Assembly (NCBI RefSeq): GCF_009914755.1 | Contig: NC_060944.1 | Length of the DNA: 64,000 nt | Direction: 5' to 3' (one strand) | Origin: the human T2T-CHM13v2.0 reference genome, Homo sapiens | In this document: one piece after another, positions 61,454 through 64,000 of the stretch | Numbering within the stretch: the first letter of the stretch is position 1 | How the letters are laid out: every line of letters begins with the position of its first letter | Translations under genes and position numbers: made by a program | Notes under the pieces: generated by a model | The model's input: only the letters and a program-made list of their open reading frames with translations | The model's database searches: none | Told to the model about the DNA's origin: nothing

Positions 61454-62149
61454 TTGATGCTGTGTCCTGGGAAACCCCTGAATACTTATCATAGCAGAAG
61501 TTCAGCCACTGTAGCCCTACCTCAGGACCGCTTTTATGGGAAAGAATAATTCCTTTAACTGCTTGAGCCATTTGAGTTGTGGCTGCTTTTGGTACTTGTA
61601 ATAAATTGAAAGCATCTTGAATGTTCTGGGACAGTAAAAGAATGTGCCTTTGTTTCTGACAGCAATTATAAAATCAATTATATGTTTATATTCTAAAAAA
61701 TGTTTTGAGTAATGCTGACATCATTGGAAAAGTGCATCACTTAGAAAATGTATCTGTGTGTCAATTTTGTTTGTTCAAAATCAGTTTCATTAATTTGTGG
61801 GAAGATACACCTTGTACATTTTACCTAATTAAAAAAAATATTGCCAGTTGAGTATACTTGTGATATATTCAAAGATAAATAAACTTTTTCAATTTTAGAT
61901 ATTCATATGTCTTTGGGCCTTTGTTTAGTTTTGTCCTAAAATAGGAATGCTTTTATATGGGCCAGATTCCTGCAGTGATGATATCTGGGAAGGAAGGGAG
62001 GGCATGATCTTTGTTCTATGTGTTTAAAAGTCTCAAATGAGTTACTGGGATGTAAAAAATATATTCGCACATGAGTTTGGTACAGTTCGGTGATTTTTTT
62101 TTTTTTTTTGAAAGAAAGAAAGGTTTCCAAGGCTTGACACTGTCCTGTG

Positions 62150-62595
62150 GGTGTGGTCAATTAATTGCATTATTGGTCCCGACTCTTTACACCTACCCTT
62201 TGCCATGTAGCCTGGTAGTGGCCTCTCACTATGACACTAGGATTTCCCATGTGATGTTCTTTGGCCAATAGGTGCAAGCAAAGGTTTGAAGAGCACTGGG
62301 GAGTTGGGATTGTTTGCTCATATCTCTGCTTTCATGATGACAGTGTGCCTTGGTTAGCCTGGGGAGAATGAGTGTCACATGGTCCAAGCACCACTATTGC
62401 CACAGCTGATGATAAGTCAGATAACTGCCAGATTTAAGTGGGCCCAGAGGAGACCAGAAGAATCACCCAGCTGAACCCAGCCTAAATTGCTGACACATTA
62501 ACTCATGAGCTAAATAAATGCTTATTGCTTTAAGCCACTAAGTTCCGGGGAGGTTTGTTGTGTAGCATTATTGTGGCAATTCATAACCAAGACAT
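62150..62595 (+). mobile_element. MLT1 (G/H-like) LTR
   Basis: cccagctgaacccagcctaaattgctgac...taaataaatgcttattgctttaagccact...gcattattgtggcaat. Confidence 0.7.
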
Positions 62596-63009
62596 CTTTA
62601 AAGCATTAGGGACATTTTGGGAAGGGCTGTAAGAGTTAAATATGTTGGCTTTATAGGCAGTTGTACCTTACACAGTTTAACTCAGAAGTTACTCAGTAAT
62701 CACCCATTTATGCATGTGTATGTCTTATTCAAAGATGTGTGCAACAGTACCATTTTAAGTATATATGTGTGTCTTTATGCCTTTTGCCTTGCCCCAAAAT
62801 GGGAGTGCCCTCAGATGGATCACATCCCACCAGTGGGAGCTGGTTTCTGTTTCACATGTGTAATAGTTATTGGGGGTTTTAGGAATGGGTTTTTCTATGT
62901 TTGGTGTAATTAAGTGATTAAAGACTACATCCACCAGATTCCTGTGTAACTTCCTTACAGTAGTTTATGACCATGTTGGGGTTGTTTCCTACAGTTCTGA
63001 TGGGAAATC

Positions 63010-63190
63010 ATATGTGACTAAATTTAAGTTAATTATAATTAAATAAAATTAAGAATTCCATTTATCATTTGCACCAGCCATGTGTTAAATGCTCAGTAGC
63101 CACATACAGCTAGTGGCCACTGCTTTGGCCAGCACAGATACAGAACACTTTTGTTACCTCAGAAAATTCTATCCGGCAGTGTTGGTCTCA
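63010..63190 (-). mobile_element. MER3/MER33-like MITE
   Basis: gctcagtagccacatacagctagtggc...agaaaattctat. Confidence 0.55.
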
Positions 63191-64000
63191 ATGCTTAGTT
63201 CACATTTTTTATTTACAGAATCTTTTCTGCCTAAACTTCTAGTTTCTGCTGACCAGTTGCTTATGACAGATCCTCACTCTGGACCTCCCAGGAAAAATAT
63301 TATTGTTCCCCAGTTTATTATATAAAACTCAAGCTAGCCTGTTTTGACACCTACATCATTGAATGTTCTCTTAGTTTACAGGTCACAGAGCTAGCCATTA
63401 AAGTGGAGTTTTTATTTTACAGAGGGAGTATCCATTCTGCCAGGGCAGAGTGAGGCTGTGGGAGGGAGTGATGGCCTCTGAGGAAACCCCCAGCCTGAGT
63501 TGTGAAAACCCCAGCAAAACCTGAGGGGAGAAAAGGAGAAGAAACCAAGGCACAGGAAAGGAATTTTGGGCAAAATCAGGAAATGCCCAGGTACCACTGT
63601 ACAAGGTTCCCTTGTGTTTATCCTCCCACTTCCACCCCACTTTAGCTAGGATTTACTAGAGGGGACAGCCTGTCTCTGCTTTCTGGTTTCCTCAAAGGAT
63701 TTTCCTCCAGTTTGTCTCCACACTCACTCAGATGGGGTGACGTTTCTGGATGATTAATCTAGGGAGTATAAACTAAGCTCCTCCATGTCTGGAACTTTCC
63801 CTGGGTGGGCCCCTCACTACCAGCCTTATGTTCAGAGGCCACCCAAGGAGGGTGACTGATGGGTGGGCGGGCACTCTTCTTTGTATTGTGGGGTTTAGTT
63901 GCAGGCCCATTGGGCCCTCATGTTGAGTCTTTTCTTTCAAAAATACTTCTGTCAGGGATAAAGGCAAAATTTTGGTTTCCATCTGCCATTTTTTTTTTGG

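Overview
Primate (almost certainly human) genomic DNA, roughly half of it interspersed repeat. The only protein-coding sequence I can support is the last coding exon of DTD1/DUE-B (+, 9944-10115, stop at 10094-10096). A 19.1-kb intron separates it from a 3'UTR-only terminal exon (starts 29226, AATAAA at 29730 and 29740). Downstream are a decayed processed EEF1A1 pseudogene (-, about 47980-49546) and an LTR-derived CpG-containing promoter (about 59790-60200) that I recall as the LCDR/LINC00652 lncRNA locus. Mobile elements include a full-length dead L1PA4/5-type element, a long L1MA nested in a MER5A, a full THE1 element, a rearranged LTR10-type remnant, about 12 Alu copies or fragments, and hAT MITEs. 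I found no convincing new multi-gene system. The best leads are: (1) an open, extended L1 ORF0 with its SD2 donor, pointing at the DTD1 terminal exon; (2) an 80-nt fold-back hairpin inside a THE1 LTR that is fully paired only on the DTD1 sense strand; (3) several locally templated insertion or snap-back scars; (4) a 226-bp tandem array of LTR start plus polypurine tract; (5) a 307-codon open frame in the DTD1 3'UTR. Gene names and repeat subfamilies come from recall of consensus sequences, not from any search.
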